Below, piece after piece: positions 31,024 to 40,998 of a stretch of 64,000 nucleotides of DNA; the first letter of the stretch is position 1, and every line of letters starts with the position of its first letter. Position numbers and translations under genes: made by a program. Under the pieces are notes generated by a model. The model worked only from the letters and a program-made list of their open reading frames with translations, searched no databases and had not been told where the DNA came from. Origin of the DNA: Anaeromyxobacteraceae bacterium (GTDB taxonomy: Bacteria > Myxococcota > Myxococcia > Myxococcales > Anaeromyxobacteraceae); contig JASGHJ010000002.1 of the NCBI GenBank assembly GCA_047602405.1, positions 3,648,001 through 3,712,000 on the forward strand, written 5' to 3'.

Positions 31024-31260
31024 TCCATCCCCCGGTCTTCGCTCGCCGATCCCGAAACCGGCAGGATGCCGGGGGTCCCGTCCGGGAGCAACGACTAGAC
31101 GTGGTGCGTCGACCCTACCCGACGCGTGTGGGACGCCAACCACCCCCAGGGGCTGGGCGATCCCGATGCGATCTCTGAACGGCTGGCCAGCGATCGATAT
31201 CATCCGTCCTTTCCCGGGGTTGACTTCACCCGCCGGATCTCCGTAGATCGCGACCAGCCG

Positions 31261-31284
31261 GTGGGAGGAAGTGGCAAAGAGCGG
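31261..31284 (+). promoter_or_regulatory. Probable MraZ-binding boxes upstream of mraZ
   Basis: GTGGG (31261), GTGG (31271) and GCGG (31281) at 10-bp spacing, matching the known GTGG-repeat MraZ operator. TTGACT at 31220 may be a -35. Confidence 0.65.
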
Positions 31285-31310
31285 CTCCCGGCGGCAGGAT
31301 CGACCAGAAC

Positions 31311-31748
31311 GTGTTCTTCGGGACCTTCAACCACGCGATCGACGGCAAGGGGCGCACGAGCCTCCCGGCGAAGTTCCGCGAGGCGCTCGCCTCGGCGGGC
31401 GAGCCGCGGATCGTCCTGATGCAGTACCCGCACTGGAAGGCGGTCCAGGCGCTCCCGCAGTCGGTCTGGAACGAGCTCGTGAAGAAGGTGATGGAGGCCT
31501 CCCCGCTCGATCCCCGCTGGCAGCGCAACGTGCTCAAGTTCGTGTCCTCGGCCCATGAGGTGGACCTCGACGCGAGCGGGCGCGTGCTCGTGCCGCCGCC
31601 GCTGCGCGAGTACGCGGCGCTCGCGAAGGACGTGGTCTGGGTCGGGATGGGGCGGACCATCCACCTCTACGACCGCGCGGCGTACGACGCGCAGATGGCG
31701 GCCGAGATCCCGGCCGGCGACGTGGTGGACTTCTTCGGGAAGGTCTGA
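31311..31748 (+). CDS. mraZ: Division/cell-wall cluster transcriptional repressor
   Basis: [14 protein letters not shown]...[10 protein letters not shown]; first gene of the dcw cluster. Confidence 0.93.
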   Translation: MFFGTFNHAIDGKGRTSLPAKFREALASAGEPRIVLMQYPHWKAVQALPQSVWNELVKKVMEASPLDPRWQRNVLKFVSSAHEVDLDASGRVLVPPPLREYAALAKDVVWVGMGRTIHLYDRAAYDAQMAAEIPAGDVVDFFGKV

Positions 31749-31764
31749 CCTTCCCCGGGGTGGG

Positions 31765-31791
31765 GCCCCGACGAGCTTTGCTCGGCGGGGC
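31765..31791. other. GC-rich stem-loop between mraZ and the next gene
   Basis: GCCCCG-A-CGAGC-TTT-GCTCG-G-CGGGGC; no U-tract follows. Confidence 0.45.
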
Positions 31792-31823
31792 GGGGGCGGC
31801 CAGCCCCCGGAAACGGAGGCCAT

Positions 31824-32126
31824 ATGTTCGAGGCGCGCGAGCGGGACGACGTGACGGTGATCGTGGGCCAGCAGGAGCTCACGAAGGAGGACCTCGCGGA
31901 GATCGCCCGGATCGCGCGCGCCGCGCGCCACGCCGGCCGCCGCGTGGTCGTCGACCTGAAGCGCGTGGACCACCTGCACTACGCCGGCGCCGCGCTCCTC
32001 AAGTCCGTCCCCGATCTCAAGGCCGCCGGCGCGAGCCGCTACGTCCGCGATCTCGTCGCCGCGGGCGGCGCGGGCGCGCACGTCGAGCACTTCGACGACG
32101 TCGAGGAAGCCACCCAGGCAGCGTGA
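31824..32126 (+). CDS. Small STAS-like (anti-sigma antagonist fold) protein
   Basis: [28 protein letters not shown] resembles STAS vvlDlsgv.fiDSsG; stop overlaps the rsmH start. Confidence 0.7.
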   Translation: MFEARERDDVTVIVGQQELTKEDLAEIARIARAARHAGRRVVVDLKRVDHLHYAGAALLKSVPDLKAAGASRYVRDLVAAGGAGAHVEHFDDVEEATQAA

Positions 32127-33052
32127 GCGAGTTCGTCCATGAATCGGTCCTGGCAGACGAGGTCGTCCTCCTCCTGCGCCCCGCGCCCGGCGCCGTCGTG
32201 CTCGACGGCACGCTCGGCGGCGGCGGGCACGCCGAGCGCCTGCTCGAGGCGGGGGCGCGCGTGATCGGCCTCGACAAGGACCCCCGCGCGCTCGCCGCGG
32301 CCCGCGCCCGGCTCGCCCGCTTCGGCGAGGCGTTCCGCGCGGTGCGCTCGGACTTCCGCGACGCGCGCGGCGTCCTCACCGCGCTCGGCCTCGAGGAGGT
32401 GGACGGCGCGCTCGTCGACCTCGGCGTCTCTTCGCCCCAGCTCGACGTCGCGGAGCGCGGCTTCTCGTTCTCGAGGCCCGGCCCGCTCGACATGCGCCTC
32501 GGCCAGGAGGGCGAGACGCTCGCCGAGCTCCTGCGCCGCGTGGACGAGCGCGAGCTCGCCCGCCTGATCAAGGACTACGGCGAGGAGCCCTTCGCGCGGC
32601 CCGTCGCCCGCGCCATCAAGGCCGCGCTCGCCGGCGGCGCGCCGATGGACACCGCCCGGCTCGCCGAGGTGGTCTCCGGCGCCATTCCGCGCAAGGCCTG
32701 GCCGAAGCGGATCCACCCGGCCACCCGGACCTTCCAGGCGCTGCGCATCGCCGTGAACGACGAGCTCGGCGCGCTCGCGACCTGGCTCGACGCCCTGCCC
32801 TCGCTCCTCAAGAAGGGCGGCCGCGCCGCGGCCATCTCGTTCCACTCCCTCGAGGACCGGATGGTGAAGGAGAAGTTCCGGGCCCTCACGCAGGCCTGCA
32901 CCTGCCCGCCCGACCTCCCGGTCTGCGCGTGCGGGGCCCAGGCCTCGTTCGAGCGCGTGACGAAGAAGGCGGTCACGGCCTCCGAGGCCGAGGTCGCGAG
33001 GAACCCCAGGGCGCGCAGCGCGAAGCTGCGCGCGGTGGAGAAGATCCGGTGA
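32123..33052 (+). CDS. rsmH: 16S rRNA m4C1402 methyltransferase
   Basis: [57 protein letters not shown]. Confidence 0.96.
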   Translation: MSEFVHESVLADEVVLLLRPAPGAVVLDGTLGGGGHAERLLEAGARVIGLDKDPRALAAARARLARFGEAFRAVRSDFRDARGVLTALGLEEVDGALVDLGVSSPQLDVAERGFSFSRPGPLDMRLGQEGETLAELLRRVDERELARLIKDYGEEPFARPVARAIKAALAGGAPMDTARLAEVVSGAIPRKAWPKRIHPATRTFQALRIAVNDELGALATWLDALPSLLKKGGRAAAISFHSLEDRMVKEKFRALTQACTCPPDLPVCACGAQASFERVTKKAVTASEAEVARNPRARSAKLRAVEKIR

Positions 33053-33441
33053 GCGCGCGCGCGTCGATGAGCCGTCCGGTCGTCCCCCACGTGGCCCGCG
33101 TCGCCGGGCTCGTCCTCCTCGCCGGCACGGTGGCGACCTTCCACGTCTGGGCGCGGACCCGCGTGGTCCAGGAGGGCTACCGGCTCGCGTCCGTTCAGCA
33201 GGAGCACACGCGCCTCAACTCCGAGCGCGATCGTCTGAAGCTCGAGGTCGAGGCCCTCACGACACCCCGGACGCTCGAGGTGTTCGCGAGGACGAGGCTG
33301 GGAATGGCTCCGCCGGATCCGGGTCCGGTGTGGGCGGGCAGGGCGGTGGGCGGCGTTGATCACCTGTCCGGGCCGGCGGAGCCTTCCCTTTCCACGGGCG
33401 GAGCCGTCGCGCTCCGTGCCCCGAAGGCCAGCCGGCGGTAG
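33049..33441 (+). CDS. ftsL: Cell division protein FtsL
   Basis: Position between rsmH and ftsI; TM then coiled coil ending ARTRLGM. Confidence 0.75.
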   Translation: MSARASMSRPVVPHVARVAGLVLLAGTVATFHVWARTRVVQEGYRLASVQQEHTRLNSERDRLKLEVEALTTPRTLEVFARTRLGMAPPDPGPVWAGRAVGGVDHLSGPAEPSLSTGGAVALRAPKASRR

Positions 33442-33444
33442 CCC

Positions 33445-35469
33445 TTGCGCCCGGGCCCCGATCCGAGCGCGCTGCGCTGGACCGCCCTGCGCACCGGGGC
33501 CGTCGGGCTCCTGCTCGCCGCCGGCCTCGCGGTGGTGCTCGGCCGCGCCTTCCAGCTCCAGGTGCTGCAGCGGGAGGGGCTCGTCGACGAGATGGTGGAT
33601 CAGTACCGCCGCCAGCTCGTCCTGAAGCCCCGCCGCGGCGTCATCACCGACCGCGCGGGCGTCCTGCTCGCGGGCAGCGCCGACGCGAAGAGCGTCTTCG
33701 CCGACCCCCGGGTGCTCGCGCGCGACGCGCGCCGGGCCGAGGCGCTGCGGCGGCTGGGCGCCGCGGTCGGCGTCGACCAGAAGACGCTCCAGAAGAAGCT
33801 CGCGCGCGGCGGCAGCCGCTTCGCCTGGCTCGCGCGGCGGATCTCGCCGCAGCAGGCGGCCGCGGTCGAGAAGCTCATCCAGGAGACCGGCGTGCGCGGG
33901 CTCGCGCTCGTGCCGGAGACCCGCCGCTACTACCCGAAGGTCGAGCTCGCGAGCCAGCTCCTCGGCTTCGTCGGCGACGACGGCGAGGGCCAGGAGGGCC
34001 TCGAGCTCGCGCGCGACGCCGACCTGCAGGGCGAGGAGGAGCGGGTCCGCTCGCTGCGCGACGGCGCCGGCCGCATCGCGCTCGCGGACGCACCCGAGAC
34101 CGAGGCCCGCGAGGGCGCGCGCATCGAGCTCACGCTCGACCAGGGCGTGCAGCTCACCGCCGAGCGCGCCCTCTCCGCGGCGGTGCAGCGGTCGCGCGCG
34201 CTCTCCGGCGTCGCGGTCGTGCTCGACCCGACGAGCGGCGAGGTGCTCGCGATGGCGAGCTACCCGCCCTACAACCCGAACGCCGCGCGCGACCCCGCGA
34301 TCGTGCGCAACCGGGCGGTGACCGACGCCTTCGAGCCCGGCTCGACGATGAAGGTCCTCACCCTCTCCGGCGCGCTCGAGCACGGGTCCCTCGCCCCCAC
34401 CGACGCCATCGACACGGGCGACGGCAGGCTCACCGTGAACGCCCACGTCATCCACGATCACGGCGGGCTGGGCTGGGTCGGCCCCTCGAAGATCATCGCG
34501 GCCTCCTCCAACGTGGGCGCCGCGAAGGTCGGCATGAAGCTCGGCCGCCAGCGGCTCCAGGAGACGTTCCAGGCGTTCGGCCTCGGCGAGCGGACCGGGG
34601 TCGGCCTGCCCGGCGAGGCGAAGGGGGTCGTGCCCCTCCCCCGCTCCGACCTCGACCTCGCGAGCCAGAGCTTCGGCCACCACCTCCTCGCCACCCCGCT
34701 CCAGATCACCGCCGCGTTCGCCGCCATCGCGAACCAGGGCGTGCTGCTCGAGCCGCACGTCGTCCGCCGCGTCGTCGACCCGGCCACCGGCGACGTCCTC
34801 GAGGAGGCCGGCCGCCGGGTCGTGCGGCAGGTCATCTCGCAGCGGACCGCGGAGACCATGACCCGCTGGCTCGTCGGCGTCATCGAGGACCCGAAGGGCA
34901 CCGGGCACCGCGCGCGGCTCTCGGCCTGGCAGGCCGCCGGCAAGACCGGCACCGCCCGCAAGATCGACCCCGTGTCCGGCACCTACGTCGACGACCGGCA
35001 CATGTCGTCCTTCGTGGGGTTCGCCCCGGTCGGCGCCCCGCGGGTGGTCATCGGGGTGTGGCTCGACGAGCCCCGCGGCGAGGTGAACGGCGGCGACGTG
35101 GCCGCGCCCGCCTTCCGCGAGATCGCCGAGTACGCCCTCAAGATGCTGAACGTCGCCCCCGCCCCGCTGGCGCTCGCGACGCCCCCGCCGGAGCCCGAGC
35201 CGGAGGCCGCGCCCCCCGCCGAGGACGCCGAGCCGGAGCAGGAGCCCGCGGTGGAGCTCGCCGCCGAGGATGCCCGGCCGGCGGGCCGGAACGTGACCGT
35301 GCCCCCGCTCGCCGGGCTGCCGGCCCGCACCGCCATCCGCAACCTGGAGGCGCTGCAGCTCGAGGCCGTGCCCTCCGGCGCCGGACGGGTCGTCTCGCAG
35401 GAGCCGCCCGCCGGGAGGGTGGTCGCCCGCGGGACGCGAGTTCGCGTCCGGCTGGCCCCCGCGGGCTGA
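33445..35469 (+). CDS. ftsI: Penicillin-binding protein 3 with C-terminal PASTA domain
   Basis: RGVITDR, FEPGSTMK (SxxK), SSN, KTGT. Confidence 0.92.
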   Translation: MRPGPDPSALRWTALRTGAVGLLLAAGLAVVLGRAFQLQVLQREGLVDEMVDQYRRQLVLKPRRGVITDRAGVLLAGSADAKSVFADPRVLARDARRAEALRRLGAAVGVDQKTLQKKLARGGSRFAWLARRISPQQAAAVEKLIQETGVRGLALVPETRRYYPKVELASQLLGFVGDDGEGQEGLELARDADLQGEEERVRSLRDGAGRIALADAPETEAREGARIELTLDQGVQLTAERALSAAVQRSRALSGVAVVLDPTSGEVLAMASYPPYNPNAARDPAIVRNRAVTDAFEPGSTMKVLTLSGALEHGSLAPTDAIDTGDGRLTVNAHVIHDHGGLGWVGPSKIIAASSNVGAAKVGMKLGRQRLQETFQAFGLGERTGVGLPGEAKGVVPLPRSDLDLASQSFGHHLLATPLQITAAFAAIANQGVLLEPHVVRRVVDPATGDVLEEAGRRVVRQVISQRTAETMTRWLVGVIEDPKGTGHRARLSAWQAAGKTGTARKIDPVSGTYVDDRHMSSFVGFAPVGAPRVVIGVWLDEPRGEVNGGDVAAPAFREIAEYALKMLNVAPAPLALATPPPEPEPEAAPPAEDAEPEQEPAVELAAEDARPAGRNVTVPPLAGLPARTAIRNLEALQLEAVPSGAGRVVSQEPPAGRVVARGTRVRVRLAPAG

Positions 35470-35568
35470 TAGGATGGCGCGGCCGTGTCTCCCCGGACAC
35501 GGCGCCTCGCAAGCGGGCGTACCGGCGGCGGAAAATCTCTGGAAGGCGGCTTGCAGATCCCACGTTCG

Positions 35569-37071
35569 ATGAAGCTGTCCAGGGTCATGGAGGGCACCGG
35601 CGCCCGCGGCGAGCTCGGCTCGGATCCCGACGTCGCGCTCGTCACCGGCGACTCGCGCGAGGTCCGGCCCGGCGCCGTGTTCTTCGCGCTCCCGGGCGCG
35701 AAGCTCGACGGGCATGCGTTCGCCGCCGAGGCCGCCCGGAAGGGCGCCGTCGCGATCGTCGCGGAGCGCCCGGTGGCGTGCGCCCCCGCCCTGCTCCTCC
35801 TCGCGCCCTCCTCGCGCCGCGCGATGTCCATCGCCGCCGCGAACCACCTCGGCCGGCCCGGCGACGCGCTCCTCCTCGCCGGCGTGACCGGCACGAACGG
35901 CAAGACCACCATCGCCTGGCTCGTCGAGGCGTGCGCGCGCGAGGCGGGCCTCGCCGTCGGCCTCCTCGGCACGGTCGCGAACCGCTGGCCGGGGCACGAG
36001 GACCCCGCGGTCCTCACGACGCCGGAGTCCACCACCATCCAGCGGATGCTCGCCGACATGCGCGAGGCGGGCGCGCGCGCCTGCGTGATGGAGGTCTCCT
36101 CCCACGCGCTCGCGATGGAGCGGGTGGCGGGGCTGCGGTTCCGGGTGGCGGGCTTCACGAACCTGACCCGCGACCACCTCGACTTCCACGGCGACATGGA
36201 GCGGTACCTCGACGCGAAGCGCCGGCTCTTCACGGAGCACCTCGCGCCGGACGGCGTCGCGGTCGTGAACGTGCGCGACCCGGCCGGCGCGCGCCTCGCC
36301 GACCAGCTCGGCCCGGGCCGCGACGTCTGGCGCTACGGCACCCGCACCGACGACGCGCTCCGCGCCGAGGACGTCCGCTTCGGGCTCGACGGGATCCACG
36401 CGACGCTCCGCACGCCGGGGGGCGCGATCCCGATCGCCTCGCCGCTCGTCGGCGCGCACAACCTCGAGAACCTGCTCTGCGCGGCGGGGCTCGCGCTCGG
36501 CCTCGGCGTGCCGCCGGCCGCCATCGGCCGCGCGCTGTCCCGGAGCCCCGGCGCGCCCGGGCGGCTCGAGCGGGTGGACGGCCGCGGCGTCTCGGTCTTC
36601 GTCGACTACGCCCACACCGACGACGCGCTCCAGCGGGCGCTCGCGGCGCTCCGGGCGCTCTCGCCGCGCCGGCTCGTCTGCGTGTTCGGCTGCGGCGGCG
36701 ACCGCGATCCCGGCAAGCGCCCGCTCATGGCGAGGGCGGCCGCGGCGGGCGCCGACCTCGTGGTGGTCACGAGCGACAACCCGCGCACCGAGGACCCGCT
36801 CGCCATCGTCCGGCAGATCGTCGCCGGCTTCGAAGGCACCGGGCTCGGCCCCGCGGAGGCCGGCGCCCCCGAGGGCCGCGGCTACGTCGTCGAGCCCGAC
36901 CGCCGCGCCGCCATCCGCCTCGCCATCGCCGGCGCGCACGCGGGCGACGCCGTGCTCGTCGCCGGCAAGGGTCACGAGGACTACCAGCTCGTCGGGACCG
37001 AGAAGCGCCCGTTCTCCGACCGCGACGAGGCGCGGGCCGCGCTCGCCGCCGGAGGCCCCGCCGCCCCATGA
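35569..37071 (+). CDS. murE: UDP-MurNAc-dipeptide--diaminopimelate ligase
   Basis: GTNGKTT, LTTPE, MEVSSH, DYAHT, DNPR, GKGHE. Confidence 0.95.
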   Translation: MKLSRVMEGTGARGELGSDPDVALVTGDSREVRPGAVFFALPGAKLDGHAFAAEAARKGAVAIVAERPVACAPALLLLAPSSRRAMSIAAANHLGRPGDALLLAGVTGTNGKTTIAWLVEACAREAGLAVGLLGTVANRWPGHEDPAVLTTPESTTIQRMLADMREAGARACVMEVSSHALAMERVAGLRFRVAGFTNLTRDHLDFHGDMERYLDAKRRLFTEHLAPDGVAVVNVRDPAGARLADQLGPGRDVWRYGTRTDDALRAEDVRFGLDGIHATLRTPGGAIPIASPLVGAHNLENLLCAAGLALGLGVPPAAIGRALSRSPGAPGRLERVDGRGVSVFVDYAHTDDALQRALAALRALSPRRLVCVFGCGGDRDPGKRPLMARAAAAGADLVVVTSDNPRTEDPLAIVRQIVAGFEGTGLGPAEAGAPEGRGYVVEPDRRAAIRLAIAGAHAGDAVLVAGKGHEDYQLVGTEKRPFSDRDEARAALAAGGPAAP

Positions 37072-38459
37072 GCCCTCCCCGCTTCACCGCCGCCGAGCTC
37101 GCCGCCGCCACCGGCGGGCGCTGGATCGGGGCGCCGCCCGCCGAGGTCGCGGGCGTCTCGACCGACACCCGGTCCATCTCCCGGGGCTCGCTCTTCGTGG
37201 CGCTCCGGGGGGAGCGCTTCGACGCGCACGCGTTCCTCGCCGAGGCCGCCGCGGAGGGCGCAGCGGCGGCGGTCGTCTCCGAGGCCTGGGTCGCCGGCGG
37301 CGGGACGGCCCCGGTGCCCGCCCTCGCGGTGCCGGACACGCTCCCGGCGCTCGGCGCGATCGCCCGCCACCACCGCCGCCGCTTCGGGGTCCCGGTCGTG
37401 GGCGTCACCGGCTCGAACGGCAAGACCACCACCCGCGAGATGGTGGCCGCCATCCTCGCGACCCGCGGCCCGGTGCTGAAGACCGAGGGCAACCTCAACA
37501 ACGAGATCGGCGTCCCGCTCACGCTCTTCGGCCTCGGCCCGGAGCACCGCTCGGCGGTCATCGAGCTGGGCATGAGCGCCCGCGGCGAGATCGACCGGCT
37601 CGCCCGCATCGCCGGGCCGCAGGTCGGCGCCGTCACGATGGCGGGCGAGGCCCACCTCGAGACGCTGGGGTCCCTCGATGCCATCGCCGACGCGAAGGCC
37701 GAGCTCTACCTCGCCCTGCCGCCGAACGGCATCGCGGTGACGAACGCCGACGACGCGCGGATGTACGAGCGCGCCCGGGCGTCGGGGAAGAAGCTCCTCA
37801 CCTTCTCCGCGATGCCCGGCGTGGGCGACGTCACGCTCGTGCGCGTCGAGCCGACCGTCGACGACGGCCTGCGCTTCACGCTCGCGGTCGGCACGAAGGA
37901 GTTCCCGGTGCACGTGCCGGGGCTCGTCGGGGCCCACAACGCCATGAACGCGGCCTGCGCCGCCGCGTGCGCCGTCGCGCTCGGCTGCACGAACCGCGAG
38001 ATCGCGGACGGCCTCGCGAACGTGAGGCCGGTGGGGCGTCGCCTGCGCGTCGAGACCCTGCCCTCCGGGCTCGTGCTGCTCGACGACTGCTACAACGCGA
38101 ACCCCTCGTCCATGTCGGCCGCGCTCCGGGCGCTCGCCGACCTCGCGACCGCCCGGCGCCGCCGCCGGGTGGCGGTGCTCGGCGACATGCTCGAGCTCGG
38201 CGCGCTCGAGGCCGAGGGTCACGCCCGCATCGGCGCCGAGGCCGCCCGCAGCGGGCTCGCCGCGCTCGCCGCGTTCGGGCCGCGCGCCCGCGGGATCGCC
38301 GAGGCCGCCCGCGCGAACGGGCTCGACGCCTTCCACACCGAGGACCTCGCCGCGCTCGTCGACTGGGCGCGCTCCACCCTGACCCCGTCCGGCGACGCCC
38401 TCCTCGTGAAGGCGAGCCGGGGCATGAAGCTCGAGCGGCTCGTCGAGGCGCTGCGCTGA
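37068..38459 (+). CDS. murF: UDP-MurNAc-tripeptide--D-Ala-D-Ala ligase
   Basis: GSNGKTTT, NLNNEIGVP, DCYNANP, LGDMLELG, KASRG. Confidence 0.95.
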   Translation: MSPPRFTAAELAAATGGRWIGAPPAEVAGVSTDTRSISRGSLFVALRGERFDAHAFLAEAAAEGAAAAVVSEAWVAGGGTAPVPALAVPDTLPALGAIARHHRRRFGVPVVGVTGSNGKTTTREMVAAILATRGPVLKTEGNLNNEIGVPLTLFGLGPEHRSAVIELGMSARGEIDRLARIAGPQVGAVTMAGEAHLETLGSLDAIADAKAELYLALPPNGIAVTNADDARMYERARASGKKLLTFSAMPGVGDVTLVRVEPTVDDGLRFTLAVGTKEFPVHVPGLVGAHNAMNAACAAACAVALGCTNREIADGLANVRPVGRRLRVETLPSGLVLLDDCYNANPSSMSAALRALADLATARRRRRVAVLGDMLELGALEAEGHARIGAEAARSGLAALAAFGPRARGIAEAARANGLDAFHTEDLAALVDWARSTLTPSGDALLVKASRGMKLERLVEALR

Positions 38460-38462
38460 CCG

Positions 38463-39606
38463 ATGCTCTACCTCCTGCTCTATCCCCTCTCGGATCGCAT
38501 CGGCGTCTTCAACGTCCTGCGCTACCCGTCCTTCCGCATCGTCGCGGCGGGGCTCACCGCCCTGCTCATCGGGCTCCTCGTCGGGCCGTACTTCATCGAG
38601 CGGATGCGCACGCTCCAGTACGGCGCCTCGAACGTCCGCGAGGACACGCCGGAGACGCACAAGAAGAAGACCGGCACCCCGTCGATGGGCGGCGCGCTCA
38701 TCCTGCTCGCGATCACGGTCGCGACGCTGCTCTTCGGCGACCTCAAGAACCGCTACGTCTGGGCGGCGCTCCTCGTCACGCTCGGCTACGGCGGCATCGG
38801 CTTCCTCGACGACTGGCTGAAGCTCTCCAAGCGGAACTCGAAGGGGCTCGCCGGGAAGAAGAAGCTCGTCCTGCAGCTCGCCGTGATCCTGGCCGTGTAC
38901 TACGGGCTCCTCACCGACCTCGACTTCCACGTGGGGAAGGGCTTCCCGTGGGTCACGGTGGGGAGCTACCTCGATTCTCAGGCTCACCCTCCCCTTCGTG
39001 CCGACCCGGCACTTCATGCCGGACCTCGGCTGGCTCTACGTCCCGTTCATGATCTTCGTGATCATCGGGACCTCGAACGCGGTGAACCTCACCGACGGCC
39101 TCGACGGCCTCGCCATCGGCCCGACGCTCGTCTCCTCGATGACGTTCCTCGTGCTCTCGTACGTCGCGGGCGCGACCATCGCCGGGTTCAGCCTCGCCGA
39201 GTACCTGCGCATCGCCTACATCCCGGGGGCCGAGGAGCTGGGCGTCTTCTGCTCGGCCATCTTCGGCGCCGGCCTCGCGTTCCTCTGGTTCAACACCTTC
39301 CCGGCCTCCGTGTTCATGGGCGACGTCGGCTCGCTCGCCCTCGGCGGCGCGCTCGGCACGCTCGCGGTGCTCACGAAGAACGAGGTGGCGAGCGCCATCC
39401 TCCACGGCGTGTTCCTCGCCGAGACGGTGAGCGTCATCATCCAGGTCTGGAGCTTCAAGACCACCGGCAAGCGCGTCTTCCGAATGGCGCCCATCCACCA
39501 CCACTACGAGCTCAAGGGCTGGGCCGAGCCCAAGATCATCGTCCGCTTCTGGATCATGTCGATCATGCTGGCCCTGGTGGCCCTCATGTCGCTCAAGCTG
39601 AGGTAG
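38463..39606 (+). CDS. mraY: Phospho-MurNAc-pentapeptide transferase (apparent +1 frameshift at ~38975)
   Basis: KTGTPSMGG and GFLDD before the break; [19 protein letters not shown] and MAPIHHHYE after it. Removing one T at GATTC 38973-38977 restores YLDLRLTLPF. Span is 3n+1. Confidence 0.93.
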
Positions 39607-39612
39607 TCGAAC

Positions 39613-40998
39613 GTGCCCGTCTCCCCTCCCGTCCTCCGTGGCAAGCGCGTGTGCGTGGTCGGCCTCGCGCGGAGCGGCGTCGCCGCGGCGAAGCTGTGCG
39701 CGCGCGCGGGCGCCGAGGTCACCGTCACCGACGCCCGCGGCGCCGACGCCCTCGGCCCCGCGCTCGCCGCGCTGGACGGCGTGCCGGTGCGGCGCGCGCT
39801 CGGCGGCCACGGCGAGGCGTTCCTCGACCGGCAGGACCTCCTGGTGGTCTCCCCGGGTGTGCCGCTCGGGATCCTCCCGCTCGCCGACGCGCGCGCGAAG
39901 GGCGTCCCGATCTGGGGCGAGGTCGAGCTCGCCTACCGGTTCCTCCATGGCACCCCGGTCGTCGCGATCACCGGCACGAACGGGAAGAGCACCACCACCG
40001 CGCTGACCGGCGCGCTCCTCGCGGCCGACCGCCCCACCTTCACGGGGGGCAACCTCGGCACGCCGCTCACGGAGCACGTCCTCTCCGGGAAGGGCGCGGA
40101 CGTGGTGGTCGCCGAGCTCTCGAGCTTCCAGCTCGAGGGCATCGACCAGTTCCGCGCGAACGCCGCCGCGTTCCTGAACCTCACCCCCGACCACCTCGAC
40201 CGCTACGCCTCGGTGGACGCCTACGCGCTCGCGAAGGGGCGGCTCTTCGCCCGCCAGCAGCCCGGCGACGTCGCCGTCGCGAACGCGCGCGACCCGCTCG
40301 CGCTCGGGCTCGCCGCCGCGTCCCGCGGGCGCCTCCTCACCTTCGGCTTCGGCCCGCCCGCGCCGGACGCGGCCCGCGACGCCGCCCCGGACGCCGCCGA
40401 GGGCACGCTGGTCGTCTCCCTGGGGGGCGCCGGCGAGCGCTACCGCCTCGCGAACCGTGCGCTCCGCGGCCGGCACAACCGCGAGAACGCCATGGCCGCC
40501 ATCCTGCTCGCCCGCGCGGCCGGGGCGCCGCCCGCGGCGGTGCAGGCGGGGCTCGACGCGTTCCCCGGCCTCCCCCACCGCCTCGAGCTCGTCTCGGAGC
40601 GCGGCGGGGTGGAGTGGGTGAACGACTCGAAGGCCACGAACGTGGACTCGACCTCGGTGGCCCTGGCCGCGTTCGCGCCCGGCGCGCCGCGGCTCGTGAT
40701 CCTGATGGGCGGCCGCGGCAAGGGCGCGCCGTACGCGCCGCTCCGGGAGCTCTTCCCCGGCCGCGTGAAGGCGCTCCTCACGCTCGGCGAGGACGCGCCC
40801 GCGGTCGAGCGCGAGCTCGGCGACCTCGCGCCCACCCACGCCTGCGGCACGCTCGCGGCGGCGGTGAAGGCCGCGGCACGCCTGGTGGCCCCCGGCGACG
40901 TGGTCCTCCTCTCGCCGGCCTGCGCGAGCTACGATCAGTTCGACAACTACGAGCAGCGCGGCGCCGCGTTCCGGGCGCTCGTGGAGGGGCTGAAGTGA
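39613..40998 (+). CDS. murD: UDP-MurNAc-L-Ala--D-Glu ligase
   Basis: GTNGKSTTT, GGNLG, ELSSFQL, DHLDRY, NDSKATN, SPACASYDQF. Confidence 0.95.
   Translation: MPVSPPVLRGKRVCVVGLARSGVAAAKLCARAGAEVTVTDARGADALGPALAALDGVPVRRALGGHGEAFLDRQDLLVVSPGVPLGILPLADARAKGVPIWGEVELAYRFLHGTPVVAITGTNGKSTTTALTGALLAADRPTFTGGNLGTPLTEHVLSGKGADVVVAELSSFQLEGIDQFRANAAAFLNLTPDHLDRYASVDAYALAKGRLFARQQPGDVAVANARDPLALGLAAASRGRLLTFGFGPPAPDAARDAAPDAAEGTLVVSLGGAGERYRLANRALRGRHNRENAMAAILLARAAGAPPAAVQAGLDAFPGLPHRLELVSERGGVEWVNDSKATNVDSTSVALAAFAPGAPRLVILMGGRGKGAPYAPLRELFPGRVKALLTLGEDAPAVERELGDLAPTHACGTLAAAVKAAARLVAPGDVVLLSPACASYDQFDNYEQRGAAFRALVEGLK

Noticed and set aside
31024..31260. RNase P RNA or riboswitch upstream of mraZ
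   Set aside because: I found no GAGGAAAGUCC-type conserved core or recognisable aptamer; a covariance-model search would be needed to exclude it fully.
38463..39606. mraY (and cbs, kinase, sensor) as true pseudogenes or programmed frameshifts
   Set aside because: mraY is essential, both halves are undegraded, there is no slippery run, and all four breaks share one motif, which favours sequencing error.
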